Source: Christensenellaceae bacterium Phil7
GTDB taxonomy: Bacteria; Bacillota; Clostridia; Christensenellales; CAG-138
Reading direction: 5' to 3'
Assembly (NCBI GenBank): GCA_001940845.1
Contig: MSGV01000020.1
Coordinates: 90-64,089, forward strand
DNA: 64,000 nucleotides
The translations under genes and the position numbers were made by a program. The notes under the pieces were generated by a model. The model made no database searches. It saw only the letters and a program-made list of their open reading frames with translations, and had not been told where the DNA came from. Below, piece by piece: positions 29,630 through 39,420 of the stretch. Within the stretch, counting starts at the first letter, position 1, and each line of letters begins with the position of its first letter.

Positions 29630-31708
29630 CTAATATATTATGCCAAGTATCTTTGGAACGAGGTTCTTGGCTACCTCTTCATAGTGATCAAAATGCATGG
29701 AGAATGTTCCCCTGCCCTGCGTCCTTGACCGCAGATCAGTTGCATAACCGAACATCTCCTTCAGAGGCACCAGCGCATGAACGCACTGCTGCGATCCTGG
29801 GCGAATATCAGTATCAAGAATCTGCCCTCTTCTTGCATTCAGATTTCCCATAACGTCGCCCAGATATTCATCCGGGACAACGATCTCGCAGTTCATAAAG
29901 GGCTCCAGCAATGCCGATTCGCCCTTGTCGCAGGCTTCTCGGAAAGCAAGGCTTCCCGCAACCTTATATGCCAGCTCGCATGAGTCGGTTTCATTCACGC
30001 TGCCGCCAACAAGTGCAGCAGAAAAATCTATGACCTCATAACCGCCCAGAACTCCGCTGGCGCTGGCCTCACGAATGCCCTGTTCAACTGCCCCTACATA
30101 CTCTGCAGGAAGTACATCCGGCGCAGTACGATTTTCAAATACTACACCGCTTCCTGGTTTACCCGGAGCAAATTCCACGATACAGTGACCATAGACACCC
30201 TTGATACCTGCACCCTGCCGAATATAGCTTCCGACCGTGCGCACGAGCTTTGTAATCGTCTCGCGATAAGCAACCTGCGGCTTACCAATCCTGCATTCAA
30301 CCTTAAACTCGCGGATAAGTCTATCCACTATGATATCGAGATGCAGCTCGCCCATACCAGCAATGATGGTCTGCCCGGTCTCCTTATCAGAATAGGTGCG
30401 GAACGTGGGATCCTCCTCTGCAAGCTTCGCAAGTGCAACGGTAAGCTTTTCCTGTCCAGCCTTGGTCTTCGGCTCTATAGCAATCTTTATGACCGGCTCC
30501 GGAAATTCCATAGATTCCATGAGCAGCGGTCTGCCTTCGCTCGTAAGAGTTTCACCGGTAACGGTCTCCCTCAGCCCCACGAAAGCAACTATATCACCTG
30601 CATATGCTTCCTCAACCTCCGTACGGCTATTAGCATGCATAAGCAAGATTTTCGTTATTCGCTCACGCTTTCCCTTATTACAGTTAAGCACAACCGAACC
30701 GACCTTAATCGCCCCTGAATACACCCGGCAAAATGCAAGCTTGCCTACAAACGAATCGGAAACTATTTTGAATGCCAGCGCAGCAAACGGCTCGGAGTCG
30801 TCGCTATGAACCGCTATCGTATTCTTGCCATCCCGACTCAACGCATCGACCGCAGGAATATCCAACGGTGAAGGCAAATAGTCAACGATAGCATCCAACA
30901 GGGGCTGAACGCCCTTATTGCGGTAACTCGAGCCGCAGCAGACCGGAACTGCGTGATTATTTATTGTTGCAGAGCGAATAGCATTTTTAAGCATCTCAGA
31001 GGGAATTTCCTCACCCTCAAGATAGAGCATGGTCAGCTCCTCATCCTCATCCGCAACAGCTTCAATAAGGGCTGCGCGTGCCTCCTGCGCCTCTTCAAGC
31101 ATATCTTCGGGAATTGCTTCCGTCCTAATATCCTCGCCTTCCTCATCGTAATAGATCTCGGCATTCATATTGACAAGATCGATAACTCCGCGAAAACTTG
31201 ATTCAACGCCGATTGGCAGCTGAATCGCGGCAGGATTTGCATTGAGCCGCTCGCGCATCATGTTCATTACATTTCGAAAGTCTGCGCCGATGATATCCAT
31301 CTTATTGACATATGCAATGCGAGGAACATGATATTTTTCCGCCTGATGCCAGACGGTTTCGCTCTGGGACTCAACGCCGCCCTTTGCGCAGAACACCGCA
31401 ACCGCACCATCGAGCACCCTGAGAGAACGCTCAACTTCGACTGTGAAATCCACATGGCCGGGCGTATCGATTATGTTTATGCGGTAATTCCGCCAATAGG
31501 TGGTGGTAGCGGCAGAGGTTATGGTTATGCCTCTTTCGCGCTCCTGTTCCATGTAATCCATGGTCGCAGCGCCTTCATGCACCTCTCCAATGCGATGGAT
31601 CTTTCCAGTATAGAAGAGAATGCGCTCGGTGGTAGTCGTCTTACCCGCATCAATATGAGCCATGATCCCTATATTACGGGTCAGCTCCAGAGCAGTATTT
31701 CTTGGCAT
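29630..31708 (-). CDS. fusA: Elongation factor G
   Basis: [20 protein letters not shown]. The ATG at 31708 is preceded by AAAGGAGG. Confidence 0.97.
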   Translation of the reverse strand: MPRNTALELTRNIGIMAHIDAGKTTTTERILFYTGKIHRIGEVHEGAATMDYMEQERERGITITSAATTTYWRNYRINIIDTPGHVDFTVEVERSLRVLDGAVAVFCAKGGVESQSETVWHQAEKYHVPRIAYVNKMDIIGADFRNVMNMMRERLNANPAAIQLPIGVESSFRGVIDLVNMNAEIYYDEEGEDIRTEAIPEDMLEEAQEARAALIEAVADEDEELTMLYLEGEEIPSEMLKNAIRSATINNHAVPVCCGSSYRNKGVQPLLDAIVDYLPSPLDIPAVDALSRDGKNTIAVHSDDSEPFAALAFKIVSDSFVGKLAFCRVYSGAIKVGSVVLNCNKGKRERITKILLMHANSRTEVEEAYAGDIVAFVGLRETVTGETLTSEGRPLLMESMEFPEPVIKIAIEPKTKAGQEKLTVALAKLAEEDPTFRTYSDKETGQTIIAGMGELHLDIIVDRLIREFKVECRIGKPQVAYRETITKLVRTVGSYIRQGAGIKGVYGHCIVEFAPGKPGSGVVFENRTAPDVLPAEYVGAVEQGIREASASGVLGGYEVIDFSAALVGGSVNETDSCELAYKVAGSLAFREACDKGESALLEPFMNCEIVVPDEYLGDVMGNLNARRGQILDTDIRPGSQQCVHALVPLKEMFGYATDLRSRTQGRGTFSMHFDHYEEVAKNLVPKILGIIY

Positions 31709-31851
31709 AGCGTTACCTCCTTTCCGCAATACTTATTATTTTTGTTTTGATACAGCTTTTATATTGCTTTGAACAAAAGCCAATTTGCTTTTGCAAATTA
31801 ATTCAGGAAACCGCGATGCAATCCCCAAATTCAGCAATACAGCATTAGCGA

Positions 31852-32322
31852 TCAATACCTGAAATGAGCAAATGCCTTGTTGGCCTCTGCCATCTTATGG
31901 ACATCCTCTTTCTTCTTAAAAGCGGAGCCCTGCTGATTAGCAGCATCCATTATTTCGGCTGCAAGCCTCTCCTGCATGGTACGCTCGCTCCTGTTGCGGG
32001 AGTAGCTGACGAGCCAACGCAGACCGAGGGTCTGACGACGCTCGGGACGAATCTCGATAGGAACCTGATAGGTGGAACCACCGATGCGGCGAGCCTTTAC
32101 TTCGAGAACAGGCATAACATTATTCATGGCCTCCTGGAATACTTCAAGGGGCTCACGACCGGTCTTAGTTTTGATGATGTCAAATGCACCATAGCAAGCC
32201 TTCTGGGCAGTGCCGCGCTTACCATCGAGCATAACCTGATTGATGAGCTTGGTTACGAGCTTACCGCCGTAAATAGGATCATCAAGCACTTCCCTCTTGG
32301 GAACTGAACCTCTCCTGGACAT
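31852..32322 (-). CDS. rpsG: 30S ribosomal protein S7
   Basis: 156 aa starting [13 protein letters not shown]..., which is canonical for S7. Confidence 0.98.
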   Translation of the reverse strand: MSRRGSVPKREVLDDPIYGGKLVTKLINQVMLDGKRGTAQKACYGAFDIIKTKTGREPLEVFQEAMNNVMPVLEVKARRIGGSTYQVPIEIRPERRQTLGLRWLVSYSRNRSERTMQERLAAEIMDAANQQGSAFKKKEDVHKMAEANKAFAHFRY

Positions 32323-32333
32323 AGTATACCTCC

Positions 32334-32708
32334 TTATTTCTTGGGACGCTTTGCGCCATAACGGCTGCGAGCCTGCATGCGCTTTGCAACACCTGCGGCA
32401 TCAAGCGCACCGCGAATGATGTGATAGCGCACACCGGGAAGATCCCTTACCCTGCCGCCCCTGATAAGGACGACTGAGTGCTCCTGAAGGTTATGACCGA
32501 TGCCGGGAATGTAGCCGGTACCTTCGAGACCATCGGTGAGACGGATACGAGCAATCTTACGAAGCGCAGAATTCGGCTTCTTGGGGGTCAGCGTACGAAC
32601 AGCTGTGCAAACGCCGCGACGCTGGGGGCACTGCTTCAAAATTGGGGAATTGGACTTATACTGAACCTTTTCCCTGCTCTTTCTGACCAACTGGTTTATT
32701 GTGGGCAT
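32334..32708 (-). CDS. rpsL: 30S ribosomal protein S12
   Basis: [10 protein letters not shown]... from the ATG at 32708, which follows AAGGAG. The ORF-track N-terminal extension is rejected. Confidence 0.98.
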   Translation of the reverse strand: MPTINQLVRKSREKVQYKSNSPILKQCPQRRGVCTAVRTLTPKKPNSALRKIARIRLTDGLEGTGYIPGIGHNLQEHSVVLIRGGRVRDLPGVRYHIIRGALDAAGVAKRMQARSRYGAKRPKK

Positions 32709-32830
32709 GAAAGTTCTCCTTAACTTGTTTTTTATTTTAGTTTTTATATATAAAGAAAATCCCTGCAACCACTTCAAAGGGATGTTTTCCACACAAAACC
32801 ATAGTGCGTCATTCTATCACGCACTAAAAT

Positions 32831-32859
32831 AGGATAGCATTAAAAACCAGTATTGTCAA
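32831..32859 (-). promoter_or_regulatory. Candidate str-operon promoter
   Basis: Minus strand reads TTGACA (32859-32854), 17-nt spacer, TATCCT (32836-32831), preceded by TGC. Confidence 0.4.
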
Positions 32860-33018
32860 GCTATATTTTGCACGGAAAACGAAATTTTTTGCAAAATTTT
32901 TGTATGGCTTTCTCTTTTTGATTCCTTAATGAATGGATTAATATTGGAATACGGCACATTGCAAGCCCATTTATTGACCATCATGTGACGAATTCTGCGT
33001 GGTTTATCTCAAAATCTA

Positions 33019-33047
33019 TTGACGAATCCGGTTCTTTGAGGTATGAT
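33019..33047 (+). promoter_or_regulatory. Candidate promoter for the 33091 gene
   Basis: TTGACG (33019-33024), 17-nt spacer, TATGAT (33042-33047). Confidence 0.45.
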
Positions 33048-33090
33048 TCGAATGTAATAATCCGATGTTTTATCGAAAGGATATACTATC

Positions 33091-33909
33091 ATGGAAGAAA
33101 ATTTTGAGAGCAGTGCTGAAAGATCTGCCAATAACGCTGAAGACCGCAGTATTTCTAACGAATTTATAGATTGCAGGCTTTCCGATACGCCACATTGCAG
33201 ACTGCTCAATATGGGCTCATGCAATGAATGCTTTGTGCGCAAACTCAGTGAAAAAGATCAAAGACTTGTGATGGAAGATATAAAGACCATAGCTGCTGCT
33301 ATGCCCTATGGCGGACCGGAGAAACTTATGCATGGCGATGAATGCGTACTTTGTGCGGCAAAGCCGAATGCTGCGGACGCCGGTTTTGCTCGATTTGATA
33401 TTGGGCATTTACATCCAACCGCATCCGACGAGCGCAAGAAGGGATCTCGCACATATAAACGCGATACAGGCATTGTAGTGCCCATTCAACTCCCCGTCTG
33501 CAAAAAATGCAAACGACGTATCCAGCTAATAAACTTTCTGCCGCTCTCGATAGGGATCATCATATCGTTTGCAAGCTTCATAATCGTTTCATTAAATCCT
33601 GTATTTACGGCTCTGACCAAGCTTGGGAGGCCTATACCTCTGCTTGTTTCACTCATAGGCATACTTTTGGGAGTTATCGCAGCCAACATCATCAGGATAA
33701 GACTAACCAACTCCGCTTCAAATAAAACCTGCTTGAACCCGGAGCGCATTAAATCAATATCGGAGTTTATAAATGAAGGCTGGTTTGTTATTCCGAATTC
33801 CGAGCTCGATATGCCCTATACGTTCAGCAAAAAAGGCTTGAAACAGGGGATTCTTACAGGCGCAGATCAGGAGAAAACCATTGAGGAGATCATAAATTGG
33901 AAGGATTGA
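33091..33909 (+). CDS. Cys-rich (zinc-ribbon-like) protein with two TM helices; hypothetical
   Basis: 272 aa. Cys pairs at C..HC, CNEC, CVLC and CKKC. Two hydrophobic helices (LPLSIGIIISFASFIIV and PLLVSLIGILLGVIAANII). Confidence 0.7.
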   Translation: MEENFESSAERSANNAEDRSISNEFIDCRLSDTPHCRLLNMGSCNECFVRKLSEKDQRLVMEDIKTIAAAMPYGGPEKLMHGDECVLCAAKPNAADAGFARFDIGHLHPTASDERKKGSRTYKRDTGIVVPIQLPVCKKCKRRIQLINFLPLSIGIIISFASFIIVSLNPVFTALTKLGRPIPLLVSLIGILLGVIAANIIRIRLTNSASNKTCLNPERIKSISEFINEGWFVIPNSELDMPYTFSKKGLKQGILTGADQEKTIEEIINWKD

Positions 33910-33977
33910 GGCAATGCCGGCCATTCTAATGTCCCAAAATTGACCGTCTTTTGCCGTCAAAAGGATTATTTGCAATA

Positions 33978-34006
33978 TTGAAAAACCGATATAGCCATGG
34001 TATAAT
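33978..34006 (+). promoter_or_regulatory. Strong consensus promoter for the cohesin gene
   Basis: TTGAAA (33978-33983), 17-nt spacer, TATAAT (34001-34006), with an extended -10 TGG. Confidence 0.6.
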
Positions 34007-34074
34007 GTATGAAGATCGGATGTTTATCATGAAAATGATCCGCAGTCATAAAAACACATTTAAGGAGAGTAATT

Positions 34075-34968
34075 ATGAAAAAGTTTGTTACGATTTTACT
34101 AACCGCTCTGCTCGTATTTGCGCTCATTCCCTCCGCCGTGCTTGGCGAAGATGAAGCGACCATAACCCTGAGCAGCGTTGAAAATGCCAAACCAGGCGAT
34201 GAGATCACTATTACCGCAAGTATTGCAGGCAGCTATAAGGTTCATGTTATGAATTTCACCTTCGAATATGATCCCGATGCACTTGAGATAATCAGTGCAG
34301 AACAAGGGGAATTTTTGAAGTCCCTCGCTAACGGCAACATTGTGCTCCTCGATCATCAGTCGCTTGCTGCGGTCGGACGCATCGCTCTCGGCATTGCATG
34401 CCCGATCGACCCCATGCAGGGAGAAGGGGAGCTAGTCAGATTCAAATTCCGCATCAAGGATGGTGTAACCGTAAACCCGCAGGTCACTGTCTATGTTTCC
34501 GAATTCGGTTACATGCCCGTTGGTGAAAATAATTCCACTCCCGTCAAGTATACATCCGTCAACTCCATAATCACCTTGGTAAACGGTCAGGAGCCCGAGG
34601 GCGGGTACGATAAGGGACAGTCAGGATATGAACAGGGCGTTCTGACCCCGGTTCCCGGTTTTACACCGGCACCTTATGTTCCCGGCAGCGATGACCCCTC
34701 CTATACCGATACAGCAGGGGCATCATCAGAACCCGGAGAAACCGGAAGCATTGATCCGAACGGCAATAAAAATCCGAACGATACCTCTGCTCCTGGTTCG
34801 GAAAACAATTCTCCCGGCTCCACTGATTTTACTTCCGCAAGCCCTGCTCCAAATGGAGCATCTAATAATAAAACATCAACAACATGGATCTACATCCTCA
34901 TCGGAGTTCTTGTTGCAGCAGCCGCAGTAACAGGAATCATGATCGTGGTCAAGAAGAATAAGAAATAA
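34075..34968 (+). CDS. Single-cohesin protein with C-terminal transmembrane anchor
   Basis: Signal peptide. Cohesin-like beta-sandwich (ITLSSVENAKPGDEITITASI...FTFEYDPDALEI...). P/S/G/N-rich linker. Terminal TM helix WIYILIGVLVAAAAVTGIMIVV followed by KKNKK. No LPXTG motif. Confidence 0.8.
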   Translation: MKKFVTILLTALLVFALIPSAVLGEDEATITLSSVENAKPGDEITITASIAGSYKVHVMNFTFEYDPDALEIISAEQGEFLKSLANGNIVLLDHQSLAAVGRIALGIACPIDPMQGEGELVRFKFRIKDGVTVNPQVTVYVSEFGYMPVGENNSTPVKYTSVNSIITLVNGQEPEGGYDKGQSGYEQGVLTPVPGFTPAPYVPGSDDPSYTDTAGASSEPGETGSIDPNGNKNPNDTSAPGSENNSPGSTDFTSASPAPNGASNNKTSTTWIYILIGVLVAAAAVTGIMIVVKKNKK

Positions 34969-34982
34969 TTCAATGAAGCATA

Positions 34983-35031
34983 GAGGGGGCATTTGAGTCT
35001 GCCGCAACGCAGTATTGCCCTCTCCATTTTA
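34983..35031 (+). terminator. Possible terminator or attenuator after the cohesin gene
   Basis: Stem GAGGGGGCA/TGCCCTCTC (one G-T pair) with an inner CTGC/GCAG helix, then ATTTTAT. Confidence 0.4.
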
Positions 35032-35069
35032 TAATCGTGCTGTAAGCTTTGCACAGCGACTGAATTTAG

Positions 35070-35993
35070 ATGAAAAGGCTGCTTTCCTTTATTTTAATAA
35101 TTGCTTTGCTTCTGCCTTATTCCATAGGGGCGCAGGCGTATGCTTCATATGCTCAAAAATCCAACCTTGCAGGGATTTCTACCGAAACGCTGACCGGAAC
35201 TCATATCGATGGCAGTTACTTCTCCGGGCATAAGCTTACCATCCTGCATTATTTTGCAACCTGGAGTGCGGATTGTCTGAATGAGCTAAACTTTATGCAG
35301 GAGGCATATACAGCCTTTGAGGATCAGGCAGCGGTGCTTGGTCTATTGCATGAGGATGCAACAAGCACTGCGGAAGCAGCGCTTTCGATATGCGAAGAGC
35401 TTGGGATAGAATACCCGACAGTACATCTTGACGCTATTTTATCCGAGCTTGTCAGCGGTGCTGATTACATCCCGCAAACCTTCTTTGTAGACTCATCAGG
35501 CAACGTCATTCATAGCTTCATCGGAACCTTCTCCGACTATGAAGTATTGGAGGCTATGATCGAACAGCTGCTGACTTCGAACGATACCTATTATACTGTT
35601 TCATTTTATGACGGTTTAACCGGAGGTCTTCTTAAACGCCAAAGAGTTGTTCATGGAGGAACTGCTGCACCACCCCGCGCCCCCATACATGATGGATATG
35701 AGTTCGATCGCTGGGACGGAAATTATCACAACGTAACGCAAAATGAGAATGTTTATGCGCGTTATATAAAACTTGATGTTCATCCAATACTGGGCGATGT
35801 TGACGGCGACGGATCCATAACCTTCGCCGATGCAATTTTGATCGCACGATATTCCTTAGGGGTTGAGCTCTTGGATTTTAACTTCAGTGTTGCTGATGTT
35901 AATGAGGATGGGAATATAAATTTTAACGATTCTCTTCTGACACTCCGAATTGCCTTACAGCTCGTACAGGCGCCTGTAAATCAAATATTTTAA
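35070..35993 (+). CDS. Secreted thioredoxin-fold (TlpA-like, SxxC variant) protein with a Listeria-Bacteroides repeat (Flg_new) and a C-terminal dockerin
   Basis: Signal peptide. FATWSADC sits where TlpA proteins have WCxxC. YTVSFYDG...GYEFDRWDG repeat. Dockerin duplicated segments GDVDGDGSITFADAILIARY and DVNEDGNINFNDSLLTLR. Confidence 0.8.
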   Translation: MKRLLSFILIIALLLPYSIGAQAYASYAQKSNLAGISTETLTGTHIDGSYFSGHKLTILHYFATWSADCLNELNFMQEAYTAFEDQAAVLGLLHEDATSTAEAALSICEELGIEYPTVHLDAILSELVSGADYIPQTFFVDSSGNVIHSFIGTFSDYEVLEAMIEQLLTSNDTYYTVSFYDGLTGGLLKRQRVVHGGTAAPPRAPIHDGYEFDRWDGNYHNVTQNENVYARYIKLDVHPILGDVDGDGSITFADAILIARYSLGVELLDFNFSVADVNEDGNINFNDSLLTLRIALQLVQAPVNQIF

Positions 35994-35998
35994 TAATT

Positions 35999-37918
35999 AT
36001 GTACATAATCATTGGTCTTGGAAATCCCGGCAGGGAATATTCAAAAACTAGACATAATGTTGGTTTTATGGTTCTCGACCTTCTGGCAGAACGCGAAGGC
36101 ATCGCTTTCAACCGCAGTGGGTTTAAATCGGTCTATGGTGAAGGCAGATTTAATTCCGAAAAGGTCATATTAGCGAAGCCCGAAACTTTTATGAATAACT
36201 CTGGCTTTGCAGCAGTGCAGCTTATGAATTGGTTCAAGCTCCCCTCTGCCCACCTTATCGTGATCTATGATGATATTGACCTTCCATGCGGCGCAATACG
36301 AATACGTGAAAACGGTTCAGCAGGCACGCATAATGGAATGCGCAGCATAGTTGAGCAGCTTGGTCACGAGAATTTTCTTCGCATTAGGATAGGTATAGGC
36401 AAGCCTAAAAACGATCTCATCAGCTATGTGCTGGGCATTCCCGGCAATGATGAACAGCAGCTGCTGCAAAAGGCAGCAGCTGCTGCCTCAGATGCGATTA
36501 AGCTTATTGTAGGCGGCCACCTCGCCGAAGCTCAGTCAAAATTCAACTATAAGCCTCCAAAGAAGCCTAAGTCGACCGCACGAAAGCCGACCGGTGAGAA
36601 AACATATTCGCCAGCTTTTTGTCTCAGCAATGCCGCCGCTTTGCAGGAGCTCAAGTTGGCACATGAAGTTTTCTATTTGAATACGAATATAGAAGAACTT
36701 CCCTTCACTAATGGAATTCATTCCAAAAATTTTCCCTATGGTATCGATGCGATCAAGGAAGCGGATGCAAGACTCCGTCGGTTTGCTCCATTCATTCGCA
36801 AGCTATTCCCCGAAACCATTGATGGGATTATAGAATCCTCTTTGCATGAATGCAAAGCTCTACGGCTTGCACTCCCCTGCGATAACCCCTCAGATAGACC
36901 CGGGAAATTGTTTATCAAGCTTGATTCAGAGCTCCCCATAGCAGGATCGGTCAAAGCGCGCGGCGGCATATACGAGGTGCTCAAGCACACGGAAGAGCTT
37001 GCCGCCAATGCAGGCATCCTCACACGCAATCCCAACGGAGAGCTTATCGGGTATGAAAAGCTCGACAAGTACCGTGAATACTTCGGCAGATATTCAATAC
37101 AGGTTGGTTCCACCGGAAATCTGGGACTGAGCATAGGAATAATTGGTGCAGCCATAGGCTATCATGTGATCGTACATATGAGTGCCGATGCAAAGCAATG
37201 GAAAAAGGAGCTTCTGCGCAGCAAGGGCGTCACCGTTATCGAATATGAGAATGATTATCAGTATGCGGTCAAGCGTGGTCGTGCTGCCGCTGAGACCGAC
37301 CCAATGAGTTATTTTGTGGATGATGAGCGTTCCATAGATCTGTTCTTTGGATATGCCGTCGCTGCACTCAGGCTCAAAGAACAGCTGACTGCGGCTAATG
37401 TCACCGTAGATAGCGAGCACCCTTTGTTCGTACACTTACCCTGCGGCGTTGGTGGCGCTCCTGGTGGGATAACCTTTGGTCTAAAAGCGGTATTCGGTGA
37501 AAATGTTCACTGCTTTTTTATTGAACCGGTGAATGCGCCCTGTATGCTGGCGGCGTTTTCAAAAGAGCATTGCATAGCCATCACCGAGCTCGGTCTTTCC
37601 GGACAAACGGCAGCTGATGGCCTGGCGGTCGGCTGCGCATCTCAACTTGTCTATGAGGCCATGCAGCCCCTTATGGACGGCGAATTCACACTTGATGACC
37701 GCAGACTGCTCCCATATCAGAAGCTCATACACGGCACCGAGGGCATCTTCATTGAACCATCCGCTGCTGTATGCCTTGCCGGAGCAATTGGGCTTTCATC
37801 CACTGCCGGAAGAGACTATTTCTCGGAATATTTCCCGGGAAATACCTTCGATAATATAACAGAGATTCTGTGGGCCACCGGCGGACGTCTTGTTCCGGAG
37901 GATGAGAGGCGGCTTTAG
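35999..37918 (+). CDS. Fusion protein: peptidyl-tRNA hydrolase (N-terminal) and D-serine ammonia-lyase (C-terminal)
   Basis: One ORF of 639 aa. Residues 1 to about 185 carry Pth motifs (GLGNPGREYSKTRHNVGF, YDDIDLP, GTHNG). Then a K/P-rich linker. Then DsdA motifs (RFAPFIRKLFPET, GSVKARGGIYEVL, GSTGNLGLSIG, LPCGVGGAPGG, WATGG). Confidence 0.85.
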   Translation: MYIIIGLGNPGREYSKTRHNVGFMVLDLLAEREGIAFNRSGFKSVYGEGRFNSEKVILAKPETFMNNSGFAAVQLMNWFKLPSAHLIVIYDDIDLPCGAIRIRENGSAGTHNGMRSIVEQLGHENFLRIRIGIGKPKNDLISYVLGIPGNDEQQLLQKAAAAASDAIKLIVGGHLAEAQSKFNYKPPKKPKSTARKPTGEKTYSPAFCLSNAAALQELKLAHEVFYLNTNIEELPFTNGIHSKNFPYGIDAIKEADARLRRFAPFIRKLFPETIDGIIESSLHECKALRLALPCDNPSDRPGKLFIKLDSELPIAGSVKARGGIYEVLKHTEELAANAGILTRNPNGELIGYEKLDKYREYFGRYSIQVGSTGNLGLSIGIIGAAIGYHVIVHMSADAKQWKKELLRSKGVTVIEYENDYQYAVKRGRAAAETDPMSYFVDDERSIDLFFGYAVAALRLKEQLTAANVTVDSEHPLFVHLPCGVGGAPGGITFGLKAVFGENVHCFFIEPVNAPCMLAAFSKEHCIAITELGLSGQTAADGLAVGCASQLVYEAMQPLMDGEFTLDDRRLLPYQKLIHGTEGIFIEPSAAVCLAGAIGLSSTAGRDYFSEYFPGNTFDNITEILWATGGRLVPEDERRL

Positions 37919-37990
37919 GCAATCCCAACCTCGCTGTGCGGACAATGGTCACTTTATTAAATAACGATAATTCTTAATATGGAGGGAATT

Positions 37991-39337
37991 ATGTCCAAAT
38001 ATTTCGGAACTGATGGCTTCCGCGGAGAAGCCAATGTCAAGCTAACTGTCGAACACGCCTTCAAAGTCGGGCGTTTTCTCGGGAATTACTATGGTAACGA
38101 TCATAAGTGCCAGGTCGTCATTGGCAAGGATACGCGGAGAAGCTCATACATGTTTGAGTGTGCACTGACTGCAGGGCTGACTGCAAGCGGAGCAGATGTA
38201 TTTTTGATGCACGTAACCACGACTCCGAGCGTAGCTTATATAGCGCGCACAGAAGATTTCGATTGCGGAATCATGATAAGCGCAAGCCATAATCCTTACT
38301 ACGACAATGGCATTAAACTGCTGAACGGTGATGGTGAAAAGATGCCTCAATACGTCATTGATGAAATAGAGAAATACCTCGATGGCGATATTGCCGATCT
38401 TCCCTTTGCAACGGGCAGTGATATAGGCAGAGCATACGATCATTCAGCAGGGAGGAATCGCTATATTGGTTATCTCATAAGCCTTGCAACCCACTCCTAT
38501 AAGGGTATGCGCATTGGACTCGACTGCGCCAATGGCAGCACATGGCAAATAGCCAAGAGCGTTTTTGATACCTTGGGAGCAGAGACATATGTCATTGGCA
38601 ATAGCCCGAATGGTTTGAATATTAATGATAACTGCGGCTCTACGCATATTGAAGCACTCCGAAAGCTCGTGATTGCAAACAATCTTGACGTTGGTTTTGC
38701 GTTTGACGGCGATGCTGACCGCTGCCTGGCAGTGGATGAAAACGGCCGCATCATCGATGGTGATCTCATACTCTATATCTACGGTAAATATATGAAAGAT
38801 CGTGACAAGCTTGCCAATAATACCGTTGTTACTACGGTAATGTCCAATTTTGGGCTTTATAAAGCCCTTGACCGCGCAGGAATCTGCTATGAAAAAACTG
38901 CTGTTGGGGATAAATACGTCTATGAGTGTATGCGAAATAAGGGGCATCTTATTGGCGGAGAGCAGAGCGGGCATATAATCTTCAGTAAATATGCAACGAC
39001 CGGCGACGGAATCCTGACGGCAATAAAGCTAATGCAGGTCATGCTATCATCAAAGCAGCCTTTATCGGAACTAGCCGCTCCAGTGAGCATTTATCCGCAG
39101 ACTCTGAAAAATGAGCATGTTTCCGATAAGCAGAGAGCGCTTGAAAACCCCACAGTCCAAGCGGCGATAGCTTCCGCCGAAAAGCTCCTTGGTGACGACG
39201 GCAGAGTCCTCGTTCGAGCAAGCGGAACGGAACAGGTAATTCGAGTCATGGCAGAAGCCTCCACCCATGAAAAATGCGATGAAGCCGTTGCGCTCGTGCT
39301 TGACGCACTTAAAAGCAGCGGACTTTCGGAGGGCTGA
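37991..39337 (+). CDS. glmM: Phosphoglucosamine mutase
   Basis: MSKYFGTDGFRG and the active-site motif SASHNP. The ATG at 37991 follows GGAGGG. Confidence 0.95.
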   Translation: MSKYFGTDGFRGEANVKLTVEHAFKVGRFLGNYYGNDHKCQVVIGKDTRRSSYMFECALTAGLTASGADVFLMHVTTTPSVAYIARTEDFDCGIMISASHNPYYDNGIKLLNGDGEKMPQYVIDEIEKYLDGDIADLPFATGSDIGRAYDHSAGRNRYIGYLISLATHSYKGMRIGLDCANGSTWQIAKSVFDTLGAETYVIGNSPNGLNINDNCGSTHIEALRKLVIANNLDVGFAFDGDADRCLAVDENGRIIDGDLILYIYGKYMKDRDKLANNTVVTTVMSNFGLYKALDRAGICYEKTAVGDKYVYECMRNKGHLIGGEQSGHIIFSKYATTGDGILTAIKLMQVMLSSKQPLSELAAPVSIYPQTLKNEHVSDKQRALENPTVQAAIASAEKLLGDDGRVLVRASGTEQVIRVMAEASTHEKCDEAVALVLDALKSSGLSEG

Positions 39338-39420
39338 TACAGCAGCCATGGGAGTGCCGGTTTTCGGAACTCCCATTCCAAATTTAATGCAGCAAGCAAT
39401 AATTTAGGGAGGAAAACCGG

